64,000 bases of DNA from Mobula hypostoma. Taxonomy: Eukaryota. The notes beneath the pieces were generated by a model. It was not told where the DNA came from, did no database searches, and was given only the letters and a program-made list of their open reading frames with translations. This document shows, piece by piece, positions 11,990-25,133 of this stretch (the stretch's first letter is position 1; every line of letters begins with the position of its first letter). Both the position numbers and the translations under genes were made by a program. The stretch is from the NCBI RefSeq assembly GCF_963921235.1, contig NC_086097.1, positions 245,522,001 through 245,586,000 on the forward strand, written 5' to 3'.

Positions 11990-14905
11990 CCCACTGACCT
12001 GCGCACGGACCATATCCCTCCATACACCTCCCATCCATGTATCTGTCCAATTTATTCTTAAATGTTAAAAAAGAACCCGCATTTACCACCTCGGCTGGCA
12101 GCTCATTCCATACTCCCACCACTCTCTGTGTGAAGAAGCCCCCCTAATGTTCCCTTTAAACTTTTCCCCCCTCACCCTTAACCCATGTCCTCTGGTTTTT
12201 TTCTCCCCTTGCCTCAGAGGAAAAAGCCTGCTTGCATTCACTCTATCTATACCCATCATAATTTTATATACCTCTATCAAATCTCCCCTCATTCTTCTAC
12301 GCTCCAGGGAATAAAGTCCTAACCTATTCAACCTTTCTCTGTAACTGAGTTTCTCAAGTCCCGGCAACATCCTTGTAAACCTTCTCTGCACTCTTTCAAC
12401 CTTATTTATATCCTTCCTGTAATTTGGTGACCAAAACTGAACACAATACTCCAGATTCGGCCTCACCAATGCCTTATACAACCTCATTATAACATTCCAG
12501 CTCTTATACTCAATACTACGATTAATAAAGGCCAATGTACCAAAAGCTCTCTTTACGACCCTATCTACCTGTGACGCCACTTTTAGGAAATTTTGTATCT
12601 GTATTCCCAGATCCCTCTGTTCCACTGCACTCCTCAGTGCCTTACCATTAACCCTGTATGTTCTACGTTGGTTTGTCCTTCCAACGTGCAATACCTCACA
12701 CTTGTCAGTATTAAACTCCATCTGCCATTTTTCCAGATGGTCCAAGTCCCTCTGCAGTCTCTGAAAACCTTCCTCACTGTCTACTACACCTCCAATCTTT
12801 GTATCATCAGCAAACTTGCTGATCCAATTTACCACATTATCATCCAGATCATTGATATAGATGACAAATAACAATGGACCCAGCACTGATCCCTGTGGCA
12901 CACCACTAGTCACAGGCCTCCACTCAGAGAAGCAATTTTCTACCACCACTCTCTGGCTTCTTCCATCGAGCCAATGTCCAATCCAATTTACCATCTCTCC
13001 ATGTATACCTAGCGACTGAATTTTCCTAACTAACCTCCCATGCGGGACCTTGTCAAAGGCCTTACTGAAGTCCATGTAGACAATATCCACTGCCTTCCCT
13101 TCATCCACTTTCCTGGTAACCTCCTCGAAAAACTCCAACAGATTGGTCAAACATGACCTACCACGCACAAAGCCATGTTGACTCTCCCTAATAAGCCCCT
13201 GTCTATCCAAATGCTTGTTGATTCTGTCTCTTAGTACTCCCTCCAATAACTTACCTACTACTGACGTTTAACTCACCGGCCTATAATTTCCTGGATTACT
13301 TTTTGATCCTTTTTTAAACAACGGAACAACATGAGCCACTCTCCAATCCTCCGGCACTTCACCCGTAGACAGTGACATTTTAAATATTTCTGCCAGGGCC
13401 CCTGCAATTTCAACACTAGCCTCCTTCAAGATCCGAGGGAACACACCTGTCAGGTCCCGGGGATTTATCCACTTTAATTTTCCTCAAGACAGCAAGCCCT
13501 CCTCCTTTTCAATCTGTACAGTTGCCATGGTCTCACTACTTGATTCCCTCAATTCCATAGATTTCATGCCAGCTTCCTTAGTAAATACAGACGCAAAAAA
13601 CCTATTTAAGATCTCCCCCATTTCCTTTGGTTCCGCACAAACCGACCACTCTGATCTTCAAGAGGACCAACTTTATCCCTTACAATCCTTTTGCTCTTAA
13701 TATACTTGTAAAAGCTCTTTGGATTATCCTTCACTTTGACTGCCAAGGCAACCTCATGTCTTCTTTTAGCCCTCCTGATTTCTTTCTTAAGTATTTTCTT
13801 GCACTTCTTATACTCCTCAAGCACCTGATTTACCCCCTGTTTCCTATACATTTCATACAACTCCCTCTTCTTCTTTATCAGAGTTGCAATATCCCTTGAG
13901 AACCAAGGTTCCTTATTCCTATTCAATTTGCCTTTAATCCTGACAGGAACATACAAACTCTACACTCTCAAAATTTCCCCTTTGAAGGCTTCCCACCTAC
14001 CAATCACATCTTTGCCAGAGAACAACCTGTCCCAATCCACGCTTTTTAGATCCTTTCTCATTTCTTCAAATTTGGCCTTTTTCCAGTTCAGAACCTCAGC
14101 CCTAGGACCAGATCTATCCTTGTCCATGATCAAATTGAAACTAATGGCGTTATGATCACTGGAACCAAAGTGCTCCACTACACAGACTTCCGTCATTTGC
14201 CCTAATTCGTTTCCTAACAGGAGATCCAATATTGCATCCCCTCTAGTTGGTCCCTCTATATACTGATTTAGAAAACTTTCCTGAACACATTTTACAAACT
14301 CTAAACCATCTAGACCCCTAACAGTATGGGAGTCCCAATCAATGTATGGAAAATTAAAATCCCCTACCACTACAACTTTATGTTTCCTGCAGTTGTCTGC
14401 TATCTCTCTGCAGATTTGCTCTTCCAAGTCTTGTTGACTATTGGGTGGTCTGTAATACAATCCCACTAATGTGGCCATACCTTACCTGTTTCTCAGCTCC
14501 ACCCATAAGGACTCAGTGGACAAGCCCTCTAACCTCTAATCTAAGCCCTCTGAGCACTGCTGTAATATTTTCCCTAACAAGCAATGCTACTCCCCCACCT
14601 TTCATTCCTCTGCCTCGATCACATCTGAAACATCGGAACCCTGGAATATTAAGCTGCCAGTCCTACCCCTCCTGTAGCCAAGTTTCACTAATTGCTACAA
14701 CATCATAATTCCACGTGTCAATCCACGCCCTCAACTCATCCGCCTTCCCCGCAATACTCCTAGCATTGAAATATATACACCTCAGAAGATTTTTACCACC
14801 ACTCACAACCTTTCTATCAGCGGATTTGCTTAAACTTTCAACATCATTTATTTTCACTCCAGCCACACTGTCAGCTCTGGCACTCTGGTTCCCATCCCCC
14901 TGCAA
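11990..14905 (-). pseudogene. CR1 ORF2 (APE + reverse transcriptase), frameshifted
   Basis: Consecutive minus-strand ORFs 14663-14905, 13960-14478, 13606-13956 and 12083-13246 carry APE and RT motifs in different frames. Confidence 0.92.
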
Positions 14906-14907
14906 AT

Positions 14908-15828
14908 CTAGTTTAAAGCCTCCCCAATAGCACTAACAAACCTCCCTGAAAGGATATTGGTCCCCCTGTGGTTCAAGTGTAACCCGTCTCTCTTGTACAG
15001 GTCCCACCTGCCCCAGAAGAGGTCCTAATGATCCTGAAATCTGAAACCCTGCCCCCTACACCAGTTCCTCAGCCACTTGTTCCTCCTCCAGAGCATCCTA
15101 TTCCTACCCTCACTGGCACCTAGCACAGGTAGCAATCCTGAGATTACCACCCTTGAGGTCCTGCTTTTCAACTTCCTACCAAGCTCTCTATACTCACTGG
15201 CCAGGACCTCTTCAATCTTCCTTGCTATGTCATTGGTGCCTATGTGCACCACGACATCTGGCTGGTCACCCTCCCACTTCAGAATGTCATGCAATCGATC
15301 AGAGACATCCTTGACCCTGGCACCTGGGAGGCAACAAACCATCCTGGATTCTCTGTCACGACCACAGAACCTCCTATCTGCACCTCTAACTATCGAGTCC
15401 CCTATCACTACCGCTCTCCTCTTTTTCCCCCCTCCCTTCTGCACTGCAGAGCCAGACTCAGTGCCAGAGATCCGGCTACTGCAGCTAGTCCCAGGTAAGT
15501 CATCCCCCACAACAGTATCCAATGCGGTATACTTGTTGCTGAGGGGAATGGCCACAGGGGAACCCTGCTCTGCCTGCCCTTTCCTCTTCCCTCGCCTGAC
15601 AGTGACCCAATTTCCTGTCCTCTGCTCCTTTGGCGTAACTACCTCCCTGTAGCTACGATCTATAATCTCCTCATTCTCCCGAATGATCCGCAGGTCATCC
15701 AGCTCCTGCTCCAGTTCCCTAATGTGGTTTGTCAGGAGCTGCAGCTGGATGCACTTCTTGCAGGTGTCGTTGTCAGGGACACCGGAGGGCATCCTGCAAG
15801 AGGAGCATTCCAACATCCTGCCTGGCAT
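14908..15828 (-). pseudogene. CR1 ORF1 (zinc finger/coiled coil + SGNH esterase) with one premature stop
   Basis: MPGRMLECSSCRM...CKKC...GDSIVRG...HIGTND...FQDH*DLFWGRWDLYKRDGLHLN...AIGEALN*. A TAG at about 15025 falls at a position that is probably TGG in the family. Confidence 0.85.
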
Positions 15829-17689
15829 TCTCTCTACGCTAGACAATCTGAACAAAAAACTTACTGGAACCTACCCTGGCCTGTGCCTGTTCTCGCATTT
15901 TCTCCAAGCAAAGGCCGATCAACACATCCACCCACTAACCTGACCACCACTACTTTATCATTTCCTGTCAGAGTCTCCTAATGCACAGACATTTCTGCAC
16001 CTAATGTCACTTTGTGGACATACAATCAATCTATATATATAAACTATCTTATGTATTTATGTATTTATCTTATGTATTTATATTTATTGTGTGTTTTTAT
16101 TATTAAAGTTCAAAGTATATTTATCATCAAGGTACATATATGTCACCATATACAACCCTGAGATTCATTTTCTTGCGGGCATACTTAAATTTTTTGAAAG
16201 TGAGTCTGTAGATTGTGGGAACAGTTCAGTGATGGTCGTTGTGTTCTTTATCTTATTGTGTTGGGTTTTTTTTGTGCTACATTGGAGCCAGAGTAACAGT
16301 TATTTCATTTTCCTTTACACTTTTGAATCTTAAATATTTAAGCCGGACTTGTGGTGTTAAATCTGACAAAGTCAGGAGCAGAAGTCAGAACAGCATGTAA
16401 CGTTCTATGTTCTATGTTCTAGGAGGTTCTTTAACCTTATTTGTAAATTACTTTGTTAAAGTCTCTGCAGCAACCACTTTCTGTGAGCTTTGGAGCGTTA
16501 AACATTTGTTTAAGCATTACTTCCCAAGTAGCCATGAGGATGGTTTTAGACCTACAGAATAAAGGGAGGGGTAGTTTCTTTGTTAATGGTGAAAGTGCAG
16601 AGAGGTTCAAGGGCAGGGGGCCAGAGACAGGGAGCATGGACAGCTCAGTTGTTAGCAAAAGTGAAAAAAAAATGAAAATTGCAAACAAAATGTTATTCTT
16701 TAGAACATAGAACAGTACAGCACAGTAGATGACCTTTGGTCCATGATACTGTACTGACCTTTCAACCTATTTTAAGGTCAATCTAACCCTTCCATTACTC
16801 TACCATCGCCTCTGGCAGAGCGTTCCACACACTCACCACTCTCTGTAGAAAACTTACCATTGATATCCCCCCTGTACTTTCTTCCAATCACCTTAAATTA
16901 TGCCCCCTAGCATTAGCCTTGGGAAAAAAGTCTCTGGCTCTCTGCTCAATCTATGACTCTGATCATCTTGTACACTTCTATCAAGTGACCTCTCATTCCC
17001 ATTCACTACAAAGAGAAGAGAGCTATTCCTCTTCATGAAAATGTGCTTCTTGCTATGAAGTACAGGATAACGAAAGGTAATGGTTTTGCTGCAACTTTGG
17101 AAGCTCGAAGCAGTACCAAGTTAAGACCATAAGATATAGGAGCAGAATTAAGCCTTTTGGCCCATCGAGTCTGCTCCACCATTTCATCATGGCTGATCTA
17201 TTTCGCCCTCAGTCCCAATCTCCTGCCTCCTTCCCTTAACCCTTCATCAAGTCAAGTCAAGTTGATTGTCATTTAACCATATACATATATGGCGGCAGTT
17301 ATTTACCTCGTCAGCCTGGGAAGGCAGTGCATCTTAGAGAGGGAAAGCTCTGATTTCAAACCTCCGCTGCCTTGCGGCCATACCCACTCACGGGAAAGGC
17401 TTCGGGAGTAAACCCCAAGGGAGAAATCCAGAGCTGGAGTCCCTAAGGCAGTCTGACGTTGCCTTCAACCTCGTTCTGGCAACTCCTGCGACGACACAGA
17501 TGCTAAGCTGTATCGGCCCTTGCCCTTCCCTTGGACAACATCGGTGTCGTGGAGAGGGGAGACTCGCTGCTTGGGCAACCGCCTGTCTTCCATACAACCT
17601 TGCCCAGGCCTGCGCCCTGGAGACCTTCCAGGTGTAGATCCATGGTCTCATGAGACTAACAGATGCCACCTATTTAAAAAGGGAGCTTC

Positions 17690-20600
17690 GAGAGTGTTTG
17701 TCCGTTGTACGTGGCCTATCAGCGGCTATAACTGGAGCACCAATCATGAGTTAGATAGCAGGGGAGGTTCAAGCATAAAAGGGAGACACTGCCTAGCAGA
17801 GCAGTTATCGACAGAGTGATCGCTGAGGCAGAGTGGTAGGGCTTTGGCTCATTCGGTCTTCGGCCATAACGGGTCGAAGCGAGGTAAGTTACCAGTGAGG
17901 AATAGAACGTCTGTGAGGCCGGTGTTCTGTACTGGGTGTCAGATGTGGGAAGTTCAAGAGATTCCCAGGTGTGTCGAGCTGCTTAGGGACCACGTTAGGG
18001 AACTGGAGATGCAGCTCGATGACCTTCGGCTGGTCAGGGAAAGTGAGGAGATGATAGAGAGGAGTTATAGGCAGGTAGTCACACCGGGGTGTCAGGAGAC
18101 AGATAAGTGGGTAACAGTCAGGAGAGGGAAGGGCAGGAGTCAGAGGCTAGAGAGTACCTCTGTGGCTGTACCCCTTAACAATAAGTACTCCTGTTTGAGT
18201 ACTGTTGGCGGGGGGGACAGCCTACCTGGGGGAAGCAACAGTTGCCGTGCCTCTGGCACAGAGTCTGGCCCTGTGGCTCAGAAGGGTAGGAAAAGGAAGA
18301 GGATGGCAGCAGTAATAGGGGACTGTAAAGTTAGGGGGTTAGACAGGGGATTCTGTGGACGCAGGAAAGAAACGCGGATGATAGTTTGCCTCCCAGGTGG
18401 CAGGGTCTGGGGTGTTTCTGATCGTGTCCACGATATCCTGAAGTGGGAAAGTGAACAGCAGGAGGTCGTGATACGTATTGGTACCAACGATATAGGTAGG
18501 AAAAGAGAAGAGGTCCTAAAAACAGACAACAGGGAGTTAGGAAGAAAGTTGAGAAGCAGGACCTCAAAGGTAGTAATCTCAGGGTTACTGCCTGTGCCAC
18601 GTGACAGTGAGTATAGGAATAGAGTGAGGTGTAGGATAAATGTGTGGCTGAGGGATTGGAGCAGGGGGCAGGGATTCAGATTTCTGGATTATTGTGACCT
18701 CTTTTGGGGCAGATGTGACCTGTACAAAAAGGATGGGTTGCACTTGAATCCAAGGGGAACCAATATCCTGGCAGGAAGGTTTGCTAAGGCTATTGGGGAG
18801 AGTTTAAACTAGAATTGCTGGGGGGTGGGAACCAAACTGAAGAGACGGAGGAAGGGGTGGTTGGCTCACAAATAAAGAAAGCTTGGAGACAGTAGGAGAG
18901 GGAGGATAGGCAGGTGAAAGAGAAGGGATACGCTCAGACCAGTGGTTTGAGATGTGACTATTTTAATGCAAGAAGCATCATGAACAAAGCAGATAAGCTT
19001 TGAGCGTGGATCAGTACTTGAAGCTATGATGTGGCCATTACAGAGATTTGGATGGCTCAGGGGCAGGAATGGTTACTTAGCGTGCCAGGCTTTAGATGTT
19101 TCAGAAAGGACAGGGAGGGAGGCAAAAGAGGTGGGGGCGTGGCACTGTTGATCAGAGATAGTGTCACGGCTGCAGAAAAGGAGGAAATCATGGAGGGATT
19201 GTCTACTGAGTCTCTGTGGGTGGAAGTTAGGAACAGGAAGGGGTCAGTAACTCGACTGGGTATTCTTTATAGACCACCCAATAGTAACAGGGACATTGAG
19301 AAGCAGATAGGGAGACAGATTCTGGAAAGGTGTAATAATAACAGGGTTGTCGTGGTGGGAGATCTTAATTTCCCAAATATTGATTGGCATCTTCCTCGAG
19401 CAAGGGGTTTAGATGGGATGGAAGTTTGCTAGGTGTGTTCAGGAAGGTTTCTTGACACAATAGTAAGATAAGCCTACAAGAGGAGAGGCTGTACTTGATC
19501 TGGTATTAGGAAATGAACCTGGTCAGGTGTCAGATCTCTCAGTGGAAGAGCATTTTGGAGATAGTGATCACAATTCTATCTTCTTTATCATAGCATTGGA
19601 GAGGGATAGGAACAGACAAGTTAGGAAAGCATTTAATTGAAGTAAGGAGAAATTTGAAGCTATCAGGCAGGAACTTGGAAGCATAAATTGGGAACAGATG
19701 TTCTCAGGGAAATGTATAGCAGAAATGTTGCAAATGTTCAGGGGATATTTACGTGGAGTTTTGCATAGGTACATTTCAATGAGACAGGGAAATGATGGTA
19801 GGGTACAGGAACCGTGGTGTACAAAAGCTGTTGAAAATCTAGTCAAGAAGAAAAGAAAAGCTTATGAAAGGTTCAAAAAACTAGGTAATGATAGAGATTT
19901 AGAAGATTATAAGGCTAGCAGGAAGGAGCTTAAGAATGAAATCAGGAGAGCCAGAAGGAGCCATGAGAAGGCCTTGGCGGGCAGGATTAAGGAAAACCCC
20001 AAGGTATTCTACAAGTATGTGAAGAGCAAGAGGATAAGATATGAGAGAATAGGACCAACCAAGTGTGACAGTGAGAAAGTATGTATGGAACCAGAGGAGA
20101 TAGCAGAGGTACTTAATGAATACTTTGCTTCGGTATTCACTACGGAAAAGGATCTTGGTGATTGTAGGGATGACTTACAGTGGATTGAAAAGCTTAAGCA
20201 TATAGACATTAAGAAAGAGGATGTGCTGGAGCTTTTGGTTGGATAAGTCTCTGGCACTGGACAAGATGTACCCCAGGCTACTGTGGGAGGTGAGGGAGGA
20301 GATTGCTGAGCCTCTGTCAATAACCTTTGCATCATCAATAGGGACAGGAGAGGTTCTGGTGGATTGGAGGGTTGCAGATGTTGTTGCCTTATTCAAGAAA
20401 GGGAGTAGAAATAGCCCAGGAAATTATAGACCAGTGAGTCTTACTTAAGTGGTTGGTAAGTTGATGGAAAACATCTTGAGAGGCAGGCTTTATGAAGATT
20501 TGGAGAGGCATAATATGATTAGGAATAGTCAGCATGGCTTTGTCAAAGGCAGGTTGTGCCTTATGAGCCTGATTGAATGTTTTGAGGATGTCACCAAACA

Positions 20601-21800
20601 CATTGATGAAGGTAGAGCAGTAGTTGTAGTGTATATGGATTTCAGCAAGGCATTTGATAAGGTACCCCATGCAAGGCTTATTGAGAAAGTAAGGAGGCAT
20701 GGGATCCAAGTGGACATTGCTTTGTGGATCCAGAACTGGCTTGGCCACAGAAGGTCAAGAGTGGTTGTAGACTGGTCATATTCTGCATGGAGGCTGGTGA
20801 CCAGTGGTGTGCCTCAGGGATCTGTACTGGGACCCCTTCTCTTCATGTTTTTTATAAATGACCTGGATGAGGAAGTGGAGGGATGGGTTAGTAAATTTGC
20901 TGATGACACAAAGGTTGTGGGTATTGTGGATAGTGTGGAGGGCTGTCAGAGGTTACAGCGGGACATCGATAGGATGCAAAAATGGGCTGAGAAGTGGCAG
21001 ATGGAGTTCAACCCAGATAAGTGTGAGGTGGTTCATTTTGGTAGGTGAAATATGATGGCAGAATATTGTATTAATGGTAAGACTCTTGGCAGTGTGGAAG
21101 ATCAGAGGGATCTTGGGGTCCGAGTCCAAGGGACACACAAAGCTGCTGTGCAGGTTGACTCTGAAGTTAAGAAGGCATATGGTGCATTGGCCTTCATCAA
21201 CTGTGGGATTGAGTTTAAGAGCCAAGAGGTAATGTTGCAGCTATATAAGACCCTGGTCAGACCCACTTGGAGTATTGTGCTCAGTTCTGGTCACCTCACT
21301 ACAGGAAGGATGTGGAAACTATAGAAAGGGTGCAGAGGAGATTTACAAGGTTGTTGCCTGGATTGGGGAGCATGACTTATGAGAATAGGTTGCGTGAACT
21401 CGGCCTTTTCTCCTTGGAGCGGCAGAGGATGAGAGGTGACCTGATAGAGGTGTGTAAGATGATGAAAGGCATTGAGCATGTGGATCGTCAGAGGCTTTTT
21501 CCTAAAGCTGAAATGGCTACACAAGAGGGTACAGTTTTAAGGTGCTTGGAAGTAGGTACAGAGGAGATGTCAACGGTAAGCTTTTTTACATAGAGAGTGG
21601 TGAGTGCATGGAATGGGCTGCCAGGAATGGAGGTGGTGCAGATACGATAGGGTCTTTTAAGAGACTCCTGGATAGGTACGTAGAGCTTAGAAAAATAGAG
21701 GGCTATTGGTAACCATAGGTAAGTTCTAAAGTCAGTACGTGTTTGGCACAGCATTGTGGGATGAAGGGCCTGTGTTGGGCTGTAGGTTTTCTATATTCCT
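17690..21800 (+). mobile_element. Near full-length CR1 LINE (copy 2), disrupted
   Basis: ORF1 at 17844-18812 (CTGC, coiled coil, IGD..VRG, IGTND, DGLH). ORF2 pieces at 19031-21593 carry ITEIW, YRPP, GDLNFP, YMDFSKAFDKVPH, GVPQGSVLGP, FADDTK and YCAQFWSP. 3' tail ttctat-like repeats near 21790-21810. Confidence 0.95.
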
Positions 21801-23301
21801 ATGTTTCTATGTATATAATGTATGCCACCATATAATGCATATAGAAATGTGACGTTTTTCTGAACCAGGATGTAAAGCACAGTAGTACACATAATGCACA
21901 TAATACACAATAACTTATGAAGCTAAGAATAAAATCTACAGATGAATCAGACATAAATAACAAACTAAAGTACTTTAATATTAAATATTGTAAGGTATGG
22001 AACTGATTAACCAGTGACACTTCGAATACAATGTGGCAGGGAGTTCAGAAGCCTAATGGCCTGGAGGAAGAAACTGTTTCTCATCCTGACTGTAATCGTG
22101 CCCTGACTAATCAGGAACCTATCAACCTCTGCCTTGAATATACCCAATAACCTGGCCTCCATAGTTGCCTGTGGCAACGAATTTCACAGGTTCACCACTC
22201 TCTGGCTAAAGAACTTGCTCCTCATCTCCGTTCATAATGAGTTATGCAGTTGAGGACTAAAGTTTGTTCTCCAGAACTTACCAGGGCTCTAGGGGTTAGT
22301 TTACTGGCTAGTTGGCTTATTATCATTCCCATGATACAGTGAAAGGCTTGTCTTGCATACTGCTCAGACCAATCAAGTCATTACACAGTGCATTGTGCTA
22401 GAATAAGGTAAAACAATAACGGAAGAGAGAATAAATAAGATATAAAGCAAGTGCACACCAGGTTGACAATAATGTGCAAGGTCATAATGAATTAGATTGT
22501 GAATCTATCTTATGAAACTGGAGACCATTCAATAGTTTTATAACAGTCTCGGGTTCTCAGGAACTTACAAGCCTCTCCACCATGACAAATTGACAATCCA
22601 TGGAGAAGCATAGAGCCACAGAGTGCTCTGGCATCGAAACAGGCCCTTCAGGCCATCTAGTCCATGCCCATAGTAACTATCCTTCAGCCTGATGGTATGT
22701 GCTTTCAGGCTTTTAGATCTTCTGCCCGATGGGAGAGGAGAGACGAGAGGATGGCCAGGGTGGGTGGGACCTTTGATTATGCTGGCTGCTTTACTGAGGC
22801 AGTGAGAAGTCAAGACACCATCCGTGAACAGCATGATATGAATGCTTAAGATGGTTGATTGTGTTCCAGTTAAGTGGGCCTTTTCCTCCCTTTTGACCTT
22901 ACCTCCATGGCTGACCCTACCAGGAGCTAAACACACAGTGGCTAAACCCCCCAGAAGGCATCACTCTTGGGAACTCAGGACCTCACAGGCCTCTCCACCA
23001 TGACAAAGGAACGATCCTGAGAGAAGCATAGAGCCGTATAGTGTCATGGCACAGAACTAGGCCCTTCAACCCATCTAGTCCATGCCAAACTATTATTCTG
23101 GCTAATCCCATTGTCCCACACCTGGACTGCAGCCCTCCATTCTCCTCCTATTCATGTGCTTATCCAAACTTCTCTTAACTGCTGAAAGATTACTTTCCAG
23201 CTGATTAATTTAATCAGAATCAGGGTTATTATAACTGACATATGTCATGAAACTTGTTGCTTTGGGACAACAGTACAGTGGAATGCATAAAAAATTACCT
23301 T

Positions 23302-23556
23302 AAGTTACAATAAGAAGTATATAAGTAGTGCAAAAAGAGAACAAAAAGTAAGGTAGTGTTCATAAGACCATTAGATATAGGAGCAGAATTAGGCCATTTG
23401 GCCCATCGTGCCTGCTCTGCACGATAGTTACAATAAGAAGTTACAATAAGAAGTATATAAGTAGTGCAAAAAGAGAACAAAAAGTAAGGTAGTGTTCATA
23501 AGACCATTAGATATAGGAGCAGAATTAGGCCATTTGGCCCATCGTGCCTGCTCTGC
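23302..23556 (+). repeat. Perfect 119-bp tandem duplication with 17-bp spacer
   Basis: 23302-23420 is identical to 23438-23556; the spacer is acgatagttacaataag. Confidence 0.9.
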
Positions 23557-24828
23557 CATTTCATCATGGTTGATCCATTTTTCCCCTCTGCCCCAATCTG
23601 CTGCCTTCTTCCCGTATCCATTCATGCCCCGACTAATCAAGTATCTATAAACTTCTGCCTTAAATATACCCAAGAACTTGGCCTCCACGGCTGACTATAG
23701 TCACAAATTCCACAGATTCGCCACACTCCGGCTAAAAAAAAAATCCTCTTCATCTGCATTCTAAAAGGATGCCCCTCTATTCTGTGGCTGTGTGCTCTGG
23801 TCTTAGACTCCCTGACCATGAGTTCATGGTGCCGGTTTATGGTCTTGTTGTGCGATCACTCAATCCGAGAATGATATTATCCAAAGGGGTTGTCTATTGG
23901 TGGGGTCTCAAGTGGCTGTAGAGGCCGATCTGGGATCTACATATTCTGGTACAGTGTGGGCAAGAGTTAAGTGGTGGTTGTGGTTAGTGGTTAGATCTTT
24001 TGGTTGTCATGTACTCACTACTGAACATTTAATTCAGTGGCCCAACTGAACATAGTCTCCAACTTGAAAAAACTTTTGTTGTGTGTGTGTGTCAGGTAAG
24101 TGAGCTATATATGAAAGTCTCTACGTTTGGCACCAGGTGAACTGCATCCTCATTTCATTCTCCTTTACACTTGTGTACTGAAGAATGATAATAAACAGTC
24201 TTGGATCCTCCGTCTTTCTCATCAGGAAGCTCACTGCTCAGTGGTTCTGTCCAGACATTTCAGCGGTTTATTTGGCATCCTTCTCATCACGCCATTTGAG
24301 CATGACTGAGAGTGTCCTGACTAGCTGCATCGCCGTCTGGTAGAGGAATTGCAAGGCATCTGACTGCAAGCCCCTTTAAGGGATTGTGAGAACTGCTGAG
24401 GGGATCATCGGGGTCTCTCTTTCACCCGTCTGAGATATGTATCCAGAACATGGCGTACACTCTGGGCCCTTAGCTTTGTCAATGACCCCTCCCATCCACC
24501 TAACAATCTCTTTGACCTCCTACCCTCAGGTAGGAGGTACCAGAGCATCAGGACAAGGGCTGCTGGGATGGGAAACAGCTTCTTCTCCCAGGCTGAAGGT
24601 ACTGCTCTTCCTGCCACCAGCCAGGTCTCTCAACACTTAGGAAACACTAGTAGCATTATACTGTTTATTTTGAGGCTTGGTTCGTAGGTGTACTTTAGGG
24701 TTATAGTCACAGAGTCCTAGAAAAGCACAGCACTGGAAGAGGTCCCTCAGCCCATCTAGTCCATGCCAAACCATTTAAGCTGCACCTTATTATTTATTAA
24801 TTGATTTGTGGTAATGTTACTTTATGTG

Positions 24829-25133
24829 GGCACGTGGCCAAGTGGTTAAGGCATTGGACTAGCGATCTGAAGGTCGTGAGTTCGAGCCCCAGCCGAGGCA
24901 GCGTGTTGTGTCCTTGAGCAAGGTACTTAATCACACATTGCTCTGCGACGACACCAGTGCCAAGCTGTATCGGCCCTTGCCCTTCCCTTGGACAACATTG
25001 GTGTCGTGGAGGGGAGACTTGCAGCATGGGCAACTGCTGGTCTTCCATGCAACCTTGCCCAGGCCTATGCCCTGGAGAGCGAAGACTTTCCAGGCGCAAA
25101 TCCATGTTCTCGTAAGACTAACGGATGCCTTAA
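24829..25133 (+). mobile_element. tRNA-headed SINE (CORE-like central motif), young copy with TSD
   Basis: A-box tggccaagtgg, B-box gagttcgagcc and motif gtgtccttgagcaaggtacttaa. TSD TACTTTATGTG at 24818-24828 and 25134-25144. Confidence 0.85.

Larger units (their letters stand above)
11908..15895 (-). mobile_element. Near full-length CR1 LINE (copy 1), disrupted
   Basis: ORF1 (Cys-pair zinc finger, coiled coil, SGNH esterase GDSIVR/HIGTND/DGLH), then ORF2 with AP endonuclease (YFNARSI, SETWL, YRPP, GDFNFP, SDH) and RT (YMDFSKAFDKVPH, GVPQGSVLGP, FADDTK). Ends in a (TTCTATGG)n 3' tail at about 11908-11927. Inserted into a Rex1 remnant. Confidence 0.95.

Noticed and set aside
24829..24900. 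tRNA gene-like sequence (also near 30622 and 57505)
   Set aside because: It is the head of a roughly 300-bp SINE with TSDs and has no proper acceptor stem or poly-T terminator.
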